NCBI GenBank assembly: GCA_020435205.1
Contig: JAGQZY010000003.1
Location: 1,537 to 65,536, forward strand
Reading direction: 5' to 3'
Origin: Bdellovibrionales bacterium
GTDB taxonomy: Bacteria > Bdellovibrionota > Bdellovibrionia > Bdellovibrionales > JAGQZY01
Length of the DNA stretch: 64,000 nucleotides
In this document: in pieces, positions 14,904-24,271 of the stretch
Position numbering within the stretch: position 1 is the first letter of the stretch
How the letters are laid out: every line of letters starts with the position of its first letter
Made by a program: the position numbers and the translations under genes
The notes under the pieces: model-generated
Told to the model about the DNA's origin: nothing
Seen by the model: only the letters and a program-made list of their open reading frames with translations
The model's database searches: none

Positions 14904-16283
14904 TTGCCACCAATTCGTTTTGGAGGATTAGCATCAGGATTACCGCCAAACATAGTCGAACAGATTATGGCCAGCGAACGCATCCCTGTGCAAAACATGG
15001 AGGCAAAGAAAACTAATATCAATACAAAGTTTGATCTTGTTACTGATCTTGAAAGCAAAGTTCGAAAAATGCGAGAAGACATTCAAAAACTATTCGGAAC
15101 GAAAGGGTTTCAAGATTATTCTCTCAAAACATCGCGTGAAGGTATTGTCGCTGGCGCTGTAGATCCCGAGCAGGCAGTGACTGGCAATTGGGCTCTTGAG
15201 GTAGTGCGTATGCCTCAAAGTGCTGGGCGTCTCACCAATGGCTTTCCAGACAAGGACCGCACTCAAGTTGGAGTGGGTTACCTCAAGTTTAGCGGCCCTG
15301 ATGGAGATGAGGAAGTCTATATCAACGACGGCAACAACACTTTGCAAGGCATTGCCAACGCGGTGAACCAAGCCAATTTTGGTATTAGAGCTTCGGTGAT
15401 TAAGGATGCTGATCAAGGTGACTACCCTTATAAAATTATTTTTACGAGTGAAAAATATGGCGATGGAAACAATGTTGAGTTCCCTAGGGTTTATCTTCTT
15501 GATGGAGACCATGATTTTTATTTTGATGAAGAAAGAGAAGCCCATAACGGATTGATCAAGGTGAATGGCTTTGAAGTGGAAGTGGATGACAGAAAGTTAA
15601 AAGACTTGATCCCGGGTGTTACTCTTGATCTCTTGAGTGCTGACCCAGGAAAAGAGGTCGTTGTCTCTGTTAACGAAGACTATGAAATCATCAAAGGGAA
15701 AATTGGAGATTTTGTAGGATCCATTAACGCGGTTTTAGGTTTCATTCAGACTCAAAACAAAATGGACCAAAATACAGATACGTCGAAAACATTAGGTGGT
15801 GATTCCATGTTGCGCAGTGTGGAAATGCGCTTGCGCAGCACACTTCAGGGAGGCAACTACAGCTTTGGTCCGGGAATCAATCGCCTGAGTCAGCTGGGTG
15901 TGGAATTCAACAGAAACGGGACCTTAGATTTCAATCAAGAAAAATTTGATAAAGTTTTGCGTTCGAAGCCCCAGGAAGTGATCAGTTTTTTTCGGGGCAA
16001 TGGCGGTCGAGGTGAAGGATTCATTGGTAAAATTCAGGCCACCGTGGACAATTTCTTGCAGAGCACTTTTGGTGTGATTTCAAATCGCAAACGAGGTCTA
16101 CAAAATCAAATTAAGCGAATTGATGAGCGGATTGAGAGCAAGGAGCGTCTGCTCGCGCGTAAAGAGCAAAACTTAAGACAAAAATTTTCAAAATTAGAGG
16201 AGACAATGGGTGCCCTAAAAGCACAAGGGAGTGCTGTCAGTGCAGCTGTTGGTTCTTTAGGTACGGGGATCAGTTTACCATAG
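14904..16283 (+). CDS. fliD: Flagellar filament cap protein FliD (hook-associated protein 2)
   Basis: The N-terminus PPIRFGGLASGLPPNIVEQIMASERIPVQNMEAKK and the C-terminal coiled coil (RIDERIESKERLLARKEQNLRQKFSKLEETMGALK) are typical of FliD. The start is TTG. Confidence 0.9.
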   Translation: MPPIRFGGLASGLPPNIVEQIMASERIPVQNMEAKKTNINTKFDLVTDLESKVRKMREDIQKLFGTKGFQDYSLKTSREGIVAGAVDPEQAVTGNWALEVVRMPQSAGRLTNGFPDKDRTQVGVGYLKFSGPDGDEEVYINDGNNTLQGIANAVNQANFGIRASVIKDADQGDYPYKIIFTSEKYGDGNNVEFPRVYLLDGDHDFYFDEEREAHNGLIKVNGFEVEVDDRKLKDLIPGVTLDLLSADPGKEVVVSVNEDYEIIKGKIGDFVGSINAVLGFIQTQNKMDQNTDTSKTLGGDSMLRSVEMRLRSTLQGGNYSFGPGINRLSQLGVEFNRNGTLDFNQEKFDKVLRSKPQEVISFFRGNGGRGEGFIGKIQATVDNFLQSTFGVISNRKRGLQNQIKRIDERIESKERLLARKEQNLRQKFSKLEETMGALKAQGSAVSAAVGSLGTGISLP

Positions 16284-16300
16284 GGATAAAGGGGATGTGA

Positions 16301-16687
16301 GTGAGCTATAATAAATACAAGCAGACTGCGGTAGAGAGCGCGAATCGAGAAAAGCTGCTCCTCATGCTTTATGAGGGGGCGATTCGTTTTACTAAAAGGG
16401 CAGTGATTGCGACTGAAAATGGAAATATCCCCGAGAGATGTGAAAACATCGGAAAAGCCTATGACATTGTTTTAGAGCTAATGAACACCCTCGACTTTAA
16501 AGTCGGAGGTGAAGTGGCTGAAAATTTGGAGCAGCTCTATATGTTTATTACCGATGAACTGACGAGGGCAAACCTCACAGGAAAATCTGAACACTTACAA
16601 AATGTTCTAAAGATTTTGGAGACTCTTTACGATGGGTGGAAAGAGGCTGTTGAAATATTAAAGAAAAAGGATTCAAAAGGGGCTTAG
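16301..16687 (+). CDS. fliS: Flagellin-specific chaperone FliS
   Basis: YNKYKQTAVESANREKLLLMLYEGAIRFTKRA...AYDIVLELMNTLD...LEQLYMFI. GTG start; 128 aa. Confidence 0.9.
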   Translation: MSYNKYKQTAVESANREKLLLMLYEGAIRFTKRAVIATENGNIPERCENIGKAYDIVLELMNTLDFKVGGEVAENLEQLYMFITDELTRANLTGKSEHLQNVLKILETLYDGWKEAVEILKKKDSKGA

Positions 16688-16695
16688 GGGGAAAT

Positions 16696-17088
16696 ATGGC
16701 AGACATCTTTGAACTACTAAAAGAGAAAAATTATTACCTTGAGCGATTTCTTCAAGAATCAAGGAAAGAAAGACAAAGCTTCAAGGCCAGACGATTTGAT
16801 AATTTAGAGCCTTTGTATAAGAAGAGGGAACAGATTCTGGCTAATATATCGAGTATTGATGTGCGAATTTCAAAAATTTGCGAAGAAGCCAAAGACGAGA
16901 TTCTCAATGGTCCAGGTAAAGATGAAATCAGCAAACTTTTAAAGAAGATTAAGGACAATGTTCGCTACATAATGGAAGAGGATCTAGAGATTATCTCTTG
17001 TATAGAAAATGAAAAGTCCAAGATTATCAAAGAAATTTCACAGACCAAGGAAGGGCGCAGAGTCCTTAGAGGTTATAAAGCGATTTAG
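16696..17088 (+). CDS. Hypothetical helical protein, possibly a FliT/FlgN-like flagellar export chaperone
   Basis: 130 aa, predicted all-helical and charged, immediately after fliS and before the operon terminator. The function is inferred from position only. Confidence 0.35.
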   Translation: MADIFELLKEKNYYLERFLQESRKERQSFKARRFDNLEPLYKKREQILANISSIDVRISKICEEAKDEILNGPGKDEISKLLKKIKDNVRYIMEEDLEIISCIENEKSKIIKEISQTKEGRRVLRGYKAI

Positions 17089-17164
17089 ATTTTAGGGTCA
17101 AAAAAGTGACATTGACCTTAAAATATTGGCGGCTAAGCCCAACCCTTGTCTAGCCATTTTCTAA

Positions 17165-17192
17165 AGCCAGATCCCTATCTGGCTTTTTTTTT
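17165..17192 (+). terminator. Rho-independent terminator ending the flaG-fliD-fliS operon
   Basis: AGCCAGAT-ccct-ATCTGGCT followed by a run of 9 T. Confidence 0.85.
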
Positions 17193-17214
17193 ATAATAAG
17201 AAAATTTTATCGCT

Positions 17215-17230
17215 TGGCACCAAGCTTGCT
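17215..17230 (+). promoter_or_regulatory. Sigma-54 (RpoN) -24/-12 promoter candidate
   Basis: TGGCAC-caagc-TTGCT is a full consensus match. It lies 25-38 nt upstream of the ATGs at 17256 and 17268. Confidence 0.65.
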
Positions 17231-17267
17231 TATTAAAAATACGAAGAACTGATTTATGAGGTGCCCC

Positions 17268-18080
17268 ATGGAAACCAACTTTGAAAGTATTCCTTTAACC
17301 CATACTAATGTCGATAAATTTAGCCAAGATATAATGGGTGAGATGAATTCCTGTATTAATGAAAAACAATTTAGTAAAGCAGCTCAAATTGCTAAAAATA
17401 ACATAGAGAAGATGGCAAAAAACTCGTCTTTTTTAGTCGTTGCCGCTAGAGCCTTTAAAGCGAACCAAGACTATAAGACTGAGGCAGAGTGTCTGCACAT
17501 GTTGGTTTCCATTGATCCTCAGCCTCGCTACCAGATTTTGCTTGCTGAATCCTTGTCGGCACAGGGGGATTTCCCTTCAGCGATCAAGGTTCTGCATCAA
17601 GTCTTGGATGAAACGCAAGGAGCGACAGCCATACTTTTTGAAGTTTATAAAAATATGGGCAACATATATTTAAAGTGCGGAGATATTGAAGCGGCTGAAG
17701 AAAAATACCACAAAGCTAATCGTATCAATCCTAACGATGAAAGTCTTAACATCAACTATGGTGTCCTTGCTATTCAAAAGGGCCTTTACGAAGAAGCTAA
17801 GGAGCGATTTTCTATTGTGGTGTGTGCTAACGGAAAAAATGATCTGGGTTGGGTCGGATTGGCTTTAGTGCACAGAGCCCATGGTGATTTTGATCTGGCG
17901 AGAGCTTGCTTACTACGTGCTCTTGACGAAAACCCATTTAACAAGATGGCGATTATTCATTTCTACCAGTGGTGTAATGAAGAAGACATTGAGCCGAACT
18001 TTGCGATGGCCATGAATTACATGAGTGCTTTCCCTGACGATATTGAAATCCAAAAACTTGTCAAAGGGATGAATAACTAA
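17268..18080 (+). CDS. TPR-repeat protein
   Basis: Repeated A-x3-Y/F-x2-A-x3-P-type 34-aa units, for example GNIYLKCGDIEAAEEKYHKANRINPND and GLALVHRAHGDFDLARACLLRALDENP. The ATG at 17268 has the SD GAGGTG 4 nt upstream; the ORF-track start at 17256 lacks one. Confidence 0.8.
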   Translation: METNFESIPLTHTNVDKFSQDIMGEMNSCINEKQFSKAAQIAKNNIEKMAKNSSFLVVAARAFKANQDYKTEAECLHMLVSIDPQPRYQILLAESLSAQGDFPSAIKVLHQVLDETQGATAILFEVYKNMGNIYLKCGDIEAAEEKYHKANRINPNDESLNINYGVLAIQKGLYEEAKERFSIVVCANGKNDLGWVGLALVHRAHGDFDLARACLLRALDENPFNKMAIIHFYQWCNEEDIEPNFAMAMNYMSAFPDDIEIQKLVKGMNN

Positions 18081-19444
18081 TGGCTGCTCTTATCCCGCAA
18101 GTTCATCTTATTATTTGCATGGACCCGAGGGTTGCGCCAGGCCCAGTTCTTCATGCACTTGACGTCTTGCGAGCCAAAGAATGGCAGACTGAAACAGTTT
18201 TGGTTTGTGATCTGTCCTGGAAAAAGTATATTAGCGCAGAACAATCAGCTCTTTATTTGGATCGCAAACAATTTTTTCACTCTGACTTTGTTGGAACCAA
18301 AAATGAGATAGTCAAGGTGGATGCCTTAGAGGACTTTCTAGCAAAGCTTGATGACTTTGAGATCACCCAGCTCACACAGGTTGGCGAATTGAGTTGGGGG
18401 CGTTGGCTGCAAACTTACTTTGACGAAGAAGAAATCGAGAAGAAAAAGCATATTGAAGTTCGCGTTGGTGATGTCGCTGCGATTGAGGTCGCCAATCAAC
18501 TGGCAGAGGGCTTTAATATCGATCTTGCTGAAATGGTTAAAATTAATACCAAATCAGATACAATCTATATTGATCCCTACGTAGAAGGGGAAGTCAGTAC
18601 AAAGTTTATGCACTGGTTGGATAAAGAAAAAGTGAATCTTCCTGAATGGTGTAATGTCATTTGCAATGAAGAAGATAAGGCTTCCTTTGAAGCGATGGGC
18701 TTAGAGGAAAACCTTATTGTTGAATCCGAAATTGATGCCCACCTATTTAATCAAGGAGTGGTTGTTTTTGATGAAGATTCTCCCTTCGCACAAGCCAGTC
18801 GATCTTTTAATGTCGCTTATTGCAGCTTTTCTGAAATAAAAAATCCTAAGTGCATATATATTCCAGGTGATATTGCTTGCGCTATTGAAGATGACCTTCA
18901 TTGGGTGGAGTTCCTTAATCTTCTTACCTACTGGAAGAAGGGGCGCCTCCGTGAATTGGCATTTCAGTGGAACGAAATGCCAGTTTCTATACAGTTGGTC
19001 GAGGGCTTTGGCTACAGAATGAGCCTCAAAAGCCTCAATGAGTATTCTAGTGACCTTATTATTTGTAAATCCGTGGTGGCTAGTTATACCAGTCACCAGG
19101 GGCCAATCAAAGAGAGGGATGTGATTGAGCTGCATAGGTCACTCATGAAGACGGTGCACAATGACCCCTATCTCATTTCGTTTTCTATCAAGCTCTTAAT
19201 AATGATTGCTGAGCGCATGATTGCTTCAGCGTCCCAGGGGGAGCGTCTTTTTCAAAGGCTCGGCAGCGACTACCATCGGATTGTTGTCGGAGAAGCTCTT
19301 GTTGAAGGAATTATTGAATCAAAGTCAAAAAATTACAAAGAAATCAATATTCATGATTGTTTGAAATCCTTTCATCAATATTTGATGAAATTGGACTATT
19401 ATAATGATCAATTAGATTCTAATACTGCATATAGGGAGTCCTAA
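18080..19444 (+). CDS. Hypothetical cytoplasmic protein (454 aa), no recognised family
   Basis: Long ORF translationally coupled to the TPR gene by a TAATG overlap at 18078-18082. It has no signal peptide or TM segment and no motif I recognise. Confidence 0.7.
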   Translation: MAALIPQVHLIICMDPRVAPGPVLHALDVLRAKEWQTETVLVCDLSWKKYISAEQSALYLDRKQFFHSDFVGTKNEIVKVDALEDFLAKLDDFEITQLTQVGELSWGRWLQTYFDEEEIEKKKHIEVRVGDVAAIEVANQLAEGFNIDLAEMVKINTKSDTIYIDPYVEGEVSTKFMHWLDKEKVNLPEWCNVICNEEDKASFEAMGLEENLIVESEIDAHLFNQGVVVFDEDSPFAQASRSFNVAYCSFSEIKNPKCIYIPGDIACAIEDDLHWVEFLNLLTYWKKGRLRELAFQWNEMPVSIQLVEGFGYRMSLKSLNEYSSDLIICKSVVASYTSHQGPIKERDVIELHRSLMKTVHNDPYLISFSIKLLIMIAERMIASASQGERLFQRLGSDYHRIVVGEALVEGIIESKSKNYKEINIHDCLKSFHQYLMKLDYYNDQLDSNTAYRES

Positions 19445-19447
19445 ATC

Positions 19448-20119
19448 ATGGAAAAAGTTGTTGTTAGCCAACAAACTCATCCGGCATTCTTTCGTCAATG
19501 TAAGAGCTTGGGTCAACTCATTGCTTGCTTAGAAAAGATGGGCGAAAAAGACGACCAGTACATTGTTAAAATCCTTTTGAATGGGCGCAAACTCGACAAT
19601 GACGAAGAACAATTGTTAGAAAGTCTATCTATCAATGAGGTCGATGAACTTGCTGTCCACTTTTCCTCTATAGATGAAATCACGGGAAAAACCATGATTT
19701 CAATCATAGGATCTATCCAGGATATCCAGCTTAATGTTATTAAATTTACTAAAGAGTTTCGTGGTGCCGACCAGATTGATGATGAGAAATTAAAATTTAT
19801 CCTCATCCAGTGCCGAGGTGTTATCGAAGGCTTGGAAGAGATATTTAAAACTCATAGTTCTGGAAAGTTGATGCTCAAGCACTTCTCCTTGTGGGTCGAA
19901 GCCGAAAAGGAGTTGACCAATATCCTGCAGTGCATCTTACAGAGCCGTAGCCTGAATGATGTGGAGTTTATTTCGGATCTACTAGAGTTTGATCTAGTTC
20001 AGGCACTGTCTCTCTGGGAGGAAGTGTTGGAAAAAGAAATGCACGATAGTCCAACCATATCGCAAATTTTTAGTTTGAATAGTCGACTTGATGGCAGCGA
20101 TAATGGGGTGGATGTCTGA
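19448..20119 (+). CDS. Hypothetical cytoplasmic protein (223 aa), no recognised family
   Basis: ORF 3 nt after the previous stop; acidic and helical. Its 3' end overlaps the kinase gene. Confidence 0.7.
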   Translation: MEKVVVSQQTHPAFFRQCKSLGQLIACLEKMGEKDDQYIVKILLNGRKLDNDEEQLLESLSINEVDELAVHFSSIDEITGKTMISIIGSIQDIQLNVIKFTKEFRGADQIDDEKLKFILIQCRGVIEGLEEIFKTHSSGKLMLKHFSLWVEAEKELTNILQCILQSRSLNDVEFISDLLEFDLVQALSLWEEVLEKEMHDSPTISQIFSLNSRLDGSDNGVDV

Positions 20120-22124
20120 TCAAACCTTATCCAACAATGTAGACCAAAAAGATATTTTATGGATCTGTGAAGAGGGGACGTCTGACGATCGCTGCACGAC
20201 CGCAGCGTCCGAGTTTGGACTAGTGAAACAAGCTTGTCGGTGGGCGGACATTGACTCTTTGGTGAGTTTGGACAACTGTAAAATACTGATCTGCAATCTA
20301 GTAAAAGATCACTTTACTGAAGAATTTTCTAAACTTCAAAAGTTGCAGCAACTTTCACCAGCTTCGGTCACCATCGTGCTTTCCCATGGGCTTGATATTG
20401 ATGCCATTAATTTATTGATCAATGAGATGCATGTGTTTGCGATATTGCAGCCCAATGAGAACCTAAGGGTTTTTATTCAGAAGGCTCTAGAGGCTTACAC
20501 GGACAAAAAGCAATATATATCGGCTCTTGGCAAAATAAAGAAGCAAAACCGGCAGCTTGAGGAGCTCAATGAGAATCTAGAATCTCTTGTACATGTCAGG
20601 ACAAAAAAAGAATTTGAGGCCAATCAAAAAGCTCTAGAATCTTTAAAGAGCATGCAAAGTCTTTTAAAATTTATTAAAATAGTCTCGCGGTCCGATACCC
20701 TTGAAGATCTTATGATAGCGGTAAGGGATGATTTTAAAAAGTTTCATGGTTTACGCCCTCCGATTCTTCTTTTTACAGAGAGTCAAAATCGCTTGAGAGT
20801 TTACTATTTTCAAGGGAAGCAGTTGACCAGTCGAAACAACAATCACGATGAAGTGGGAAAGCTTTTTGAAAAAGATAATGCCCCAACAATTCGAGGAGAG
20901 CTTAGCAATTTATTCGGAAGACCCTTTGGTCCTATTGAGGTATCGAACCTCAGTTTTCAATCGGAAGAACTTCAATCGGTGGGTGCCAAAATAATATGTG
21001 AACACTCTTTTGATAGTAAAAATCTCGATGATTTTTTTCAGTTCTCCTTTGAACGTTGGTCCATCATAAATATGGCATTAGAAAATATTCTATTGCAAAA
21101 AAGCTCTAAAGATATCGCTAGGCAGTGGGCTCGGACGTTTAATGAGATGAAAGACCCAATTATTATTATTGACCACCATTACCGGATGACTTTGTCCAAT
21201 GGCAATTTTCATAGGCAACAGGATCAGTTTTGTTATCAAGCCTTTGCCCAGCGCGACAGCCCTTGTTTGGACTGTCCTATTCAGAAAACCTTCGAAAAGG
21301 GGGGGGCTCAATATTCAGATATTCATTGTTTAGGTAAAGTTTTCCGGGTTCATTCCTATCCGATTCGACTTGACGGAGGTGAGCAAGTTTCCCACGCTAT
21401 TAATCAATATGTCGATATTAGTCAGTCCGTCGATTTGCAAAGTCGAGTGATACAGGGTGAAAAAATGGCAGCCATTGGCTTGCTGGCGGGTAATATTGCT
21501 CACGAGCTCAATAACCCCTTAACTGGAATTTATTCCTTAGCGGGTTTGCTCTTAGAGGATATCGAGCAGGGGACAAATACTTATAAAGATTTACAAGAAA
21601 TCCGTGATGCTGCTCACCGCTGCCAAATCATTATTCGCGACCTCCTCGATTTTTCTTCGGTGGGGGCTGATTCAAAAGTTCTAGAAGTGAATGCTAACGA
21701 GGTCATTCGCAAAACCCTTCCTCTTTTAAAAATGTCTATGCGAACCCATAATTGCGATATTCATCTCTCTGAGGATGAAATTCTGATTAGAGTGAATCCT
21801 CAATTGCTTCAACAGGTCATCTTCAACCTTGTTAACAATGCTTGTCAGGCTATGCATGAGGGGGGCAGCTTGAGTGTTTCCTGTGCAAGGAAAGAGGATA
21901 TTTGCCAGATTCGCATTTCTGACACGGGGCCGGGGATTCCTGAAGACCTAAGAGAATTGATCTTTGATCCCTTTTTTACTACTAAAGATGAAGGTAAGGG
22001 AACGGGTTTAGGGCTTAGCATGAGTCGCTCGGTCATTGAAAGGTTTGATGGCCGCTTAAAATTAGTTGAGAAACAAAATCCCGGAGCCGAGTTCCTTATT
22101 GAGTTTCCGGTGGTGAAAAAGTGA
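20088..22124 (+). CDS. Cytoplasmic sensor histidine kinase with receiver-like N-domain, coiled coil and Cys-rich PAS-like domain
   Basis: H-box IAHELNNPLTGIYSL, N-box VNNACQAM, G-boxes DTGPGIPEDL and GTGLGLSMS. No TM segments. Possible starts are TTG 20088 and ATG 20091, 20103 or 20112; the last is coupled to the upstream stop. Confidence 0.9.
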   Translation: MMAAIMGWMSDQTLSNNVDQKDILWICEEGTSDDRCTTAASEFGLVKQACRWADIDSLVSLDNCKILICNLVKDHFTEEFSKLQKLQQLSPASVTIVLSHGLDIDAINLLINEMHVFAILQPNENLRVFIQKALEAYTDKKQYISALGKIKKQNRQLEELNENLESLVHVRTKKEFEANQKALESLKSMQSLLKFIKIVSRSDTLEDLMIAVRDDFKKFHGLRPPILLFTESQNRLRVYYFQGKQLTSRNNNHDEVGKLFEKDNAPTIRGELSNLFGRPFGPIEVSNLSFQSEELQSVGAKIICEHSFDSKNLDDFFQFSFERWSIINMALENILLQKSSKDIARQWARTFNEMKDPIIIIDHHYRMTLSNGNFHRQQDQFCYQAFAQRDSPCLDCPIQKTFEKGGAQYSDIHCLGKVFRVHSYPIRLDGGEQVSHAINQYVDISQSVDLQSRVIQGEKMAAIGLLAGNIAHELNNPLTGIYSLAGLLLEDIEQGTNTYKDLQEIRDAAHRCQIIIRDLLDFSSVGADSKVLEVNANEVIRKTLPLLKMSMRTHNCDIHLSEDEILIRVNPQLLQQVIFNLVNNACQAMHEGGSLSVSCARKEDICQIRISDTGPGIPEDLRELIFDPFFTTKDEGKGTGLGLSMSRSVIERFDGRLKLVEKQNPGAEFLIEFPVVKK

Positions 22125-22486
22125 AAGTATTGATTGTTGATGATGAAAATCTAGTGAGGCTGTCCCTGCAAAGGGCTTTTGAAAAGGCTGGCCATGAAGT
22201 TCAGCTGGCAGAAGACGGTCGGCAAGGTATTGAGCTTTGGCGGAGTTGGCAGCCCGACTGTGTCGTCCTGGATGTGCTCATGCCTGAACACAGCGGACCC
22301 GAGGTCATTCAGGAGGTTCAGCCCTCCGAGAAGGTTGCTATCATATTGATTTCTGCCTTTTCTGGAGAATATCAGGCCGACTCGGTCAAACAATTAGGGG
22401 CGGATCTTTTTATAGCGAAGCCATTTGAAGATATTAAAGACGTGGTCGTTCAAGCTCAAGCTCTTTACCAAGGGAAATCTTCTTGA
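22121..22486 (+). CDS. Single-domain (CheY-like) response regulator
   Basis: MKVLIVDDENLVRLSL...DCVVLDVLMPEHSG...FIAKPF. 121 aa, receiver domain only. A GTGA overlap couples it to the kinase gene. Confidence 0.9.
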   Translation: MKVLIVDDENLVRLSLQRAFEKAGHEVQLAEDGRQGIELWRSWQPDCVVLDVLMPEHSGPEVIQEVQPSEKVAIILISAFSGEYQADSVKQLGADLFIAKPFEDIKDVVVQAQALYQGKSS

Positions 22487-23025
22487 GGGTGATTGGTGGT
22501 AAATATGGTGGCCGAAAGTTGGTTTCTTTTAAGGCGGACAACATTCGTCCCACTACGGACAGAGTTAAAGAAACTATTTTTAACAAATTACAATTTATTA
22601 TTGAAGGCGAACCCGTGTTGGACCTGTTTTCGGGGACGGGAAGCCTAGCCATTGAGGCCTTGTCTCGAGGAGCTAATCGTGTGGATGCTGTTGAATCCCA
22701 TCCGAAGTCTCTTGCTGTCATCGAAAAAAACAAAAGTCTATTTGAGATTGGTGACGAGCTCAAGGTTTATAATATGGACGTCTTTCGCTATCTCAAAAAG
22801 GCAGAAAGTTCTTACCCGATTGTGCTTATTGATCCCCCTTTTACCAAGCGTATAGCTAACGAAGTTCTTGCTGCCCTTGCGGAGTCAAAAGTCCTCGCTG
22901 AGGGCACTGAAGTTTTTATAGAATCCAGTGCCAAAGAAAGTGTGGCTGAGGCCTATGGGCAGCTTGAGCGTAAGCAACATAAAAGTTTTGGGGACAAATT
23001 TTTGTCCCATTACATTTTTGGTTAA
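22483..23025 (+). CDS. rsmD: 16S rRNA (guanine966-N2)-methyltransferase RsmD
   Basis: MRVIGGKYGGRKL...RPTTDRVKETIFN...LDLFSGTGSLAIEALSRGA...VLIDPPF. Confidence 0.85.
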   Translation: MRVIGGKYGGRKLVSFKADNIRPTTDRVKETIFNKLQFIIEGEPVLDLFSGTGSLAIEALSRGANRVDAVESHPKSLAVIEKNKSLFEIGDELKVYNMDVFRYLKKAESSYPIVLIDPPFTKRIANEVLAALAESKVLAEGTEVFIESSAKESVAEAYGQLERKQHKSFGDKFLSHYIFG

Positions 23026-23074
23026 TTTTTGCACCCCAATTTGTTAATCTGGCGCCATCCCTTAGGAGGCCCCA

Positions 23075-24271
23075 ATGTTGTCAAAGCGAATGCAACAACT
23101 GAAACCATCCCCAACTCTTGCCCTGGCTGCAAAGGCAAAAGAGCTGAAATCTCAGGGGAAGGATGTTATTTCACTCACTGTTGGCGAACCCGATTGGCCC
23201 ACATATGGGGCGGCCAAGGAGGCTGGCATCCAAGCGATCCATGAAAATAAAACCACCTACACTCCTGCTGCGGGTATCCCAGAGCTACGCAAGGCTGTCG
23301 CTCAACTCATTGGGAAGCAGCTGGCTATGGAGGTCAGTCCTCAACAAGTCACCATTGGTTCAGGGGCAAAGTTTATAATTTATACTGCATTCACCGCCCT
23401 TTTAGATCCCGGCGACGAAGTGATTGTTCCCTCGCCTTATTGGGTGAGTTATCCGACTATGGTTGAATTGGCAGGTGGAACTCCTAAAATTGTGGAGTGT
23501 GATGCTCAAACCCACTTTAAGCTCAGTGGACCTCTTTTGAAATCGGCCATCACCGAAAAAACAAAAATTCTTCTTTTAAACTCTCCCTCTAATCCAACGG
23601 GGGCTGAGTATTCCCATGCCGAATTGGATGCATTAGCGGAAGTGTTAAAAGAGTATCCGAACCTCTGGATTGTGAGCGATGATATTTACAACCAGCTTTC
23701 TTTCCATCCTGGCGGCTTGAGCCCCCATTTGCTTCACAAGAATCCCGAGCTCAAAGAGCGCTGCATTTCTATTAACGGTATGTCCAAGGCCTATGCCATG
23801 ACAGGTTGGCGGATGGGCTGGGCTGTAGGGCCAGAAGCTGTGATTAAGGCCATGGCCAGTTTTCAAAGCCAAACCACAGGTGCTCCCTGCTCGATCTCCC
23901 AGTGGGCATCTTTGGCAGCCATCACAGAAACGGCTGACGAGGTTAAGGAAAGCTTAGTGGCCCTTCAGGAGCGCCGTGAGCTTTTCATTAAACTCCTTAA
24001 TGGGGTTCCAGGGTTGCAGGTTTTTCCTCCTCAAGGAGCCTTTTATCTTTGGGTTAAAGTTCAAGATTGGTTGGGTAAAACCTACAAGGGAAAAACTCTT
24101 GTCGACTCTAAGCAGTTGTCCCAAATCTTGCTCGAAGATGTCTTGCTTGCCGTTGTGCCAGGGGCGGAGTTCGGGACCGAAGGCTATTTGCGCTTGAGTT
24201 TTGCAGCCAGTCCGGAAGATCTGAAAAGGGCCAGTGAGCGATTAGCTAATTTTCAACAGCAACTCTCTTAA
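23075..24271 (+). CDS. Class I/II pyridoxal-phosphate aminotransferase (aspartate aminotransferase-like)
   Basis: SLTVGEPDWPT...YTPAAGIPELR...NSPSNPTG...NGMSKAYAMTGWRMGW (PLP-binding Lys motif); 398 aa. Confidence 0.9.
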   Translation: MLSKRMQQLKPSPTLALAAKAKELKSQGKDVISLTVGEPDWPTYGAAKEAGIQAIHENKTTYTPAAGIPELRKAVAQLIGKQLAMEVSPQQVTIGSGAKFIIYTAFTALLDPGDEVIVPSPYWVSYPTMVELAGGTPKIVECDAQTHFKLSGPLLKSAITEKTKILLLNSPSNPTGAEYSHAELDALAEVLKEYPNLWIVSDDIYNQLSFHPGGLSPHLLHKNPELKERCISINGMSKAYAMTGWRMGWAVGPEAVIKAMASFQSQTTGAPCSISQWASLAAITETADEVKESLVALQERRELFIKLLNGVPGLQVFPPQGAFYLWVKVQDWLGKTYKGKTLVDSKQLSQILLEDVLLAVVPGAEFGTEGYLRLSFAASPEDLKRASERLANFQQQLS

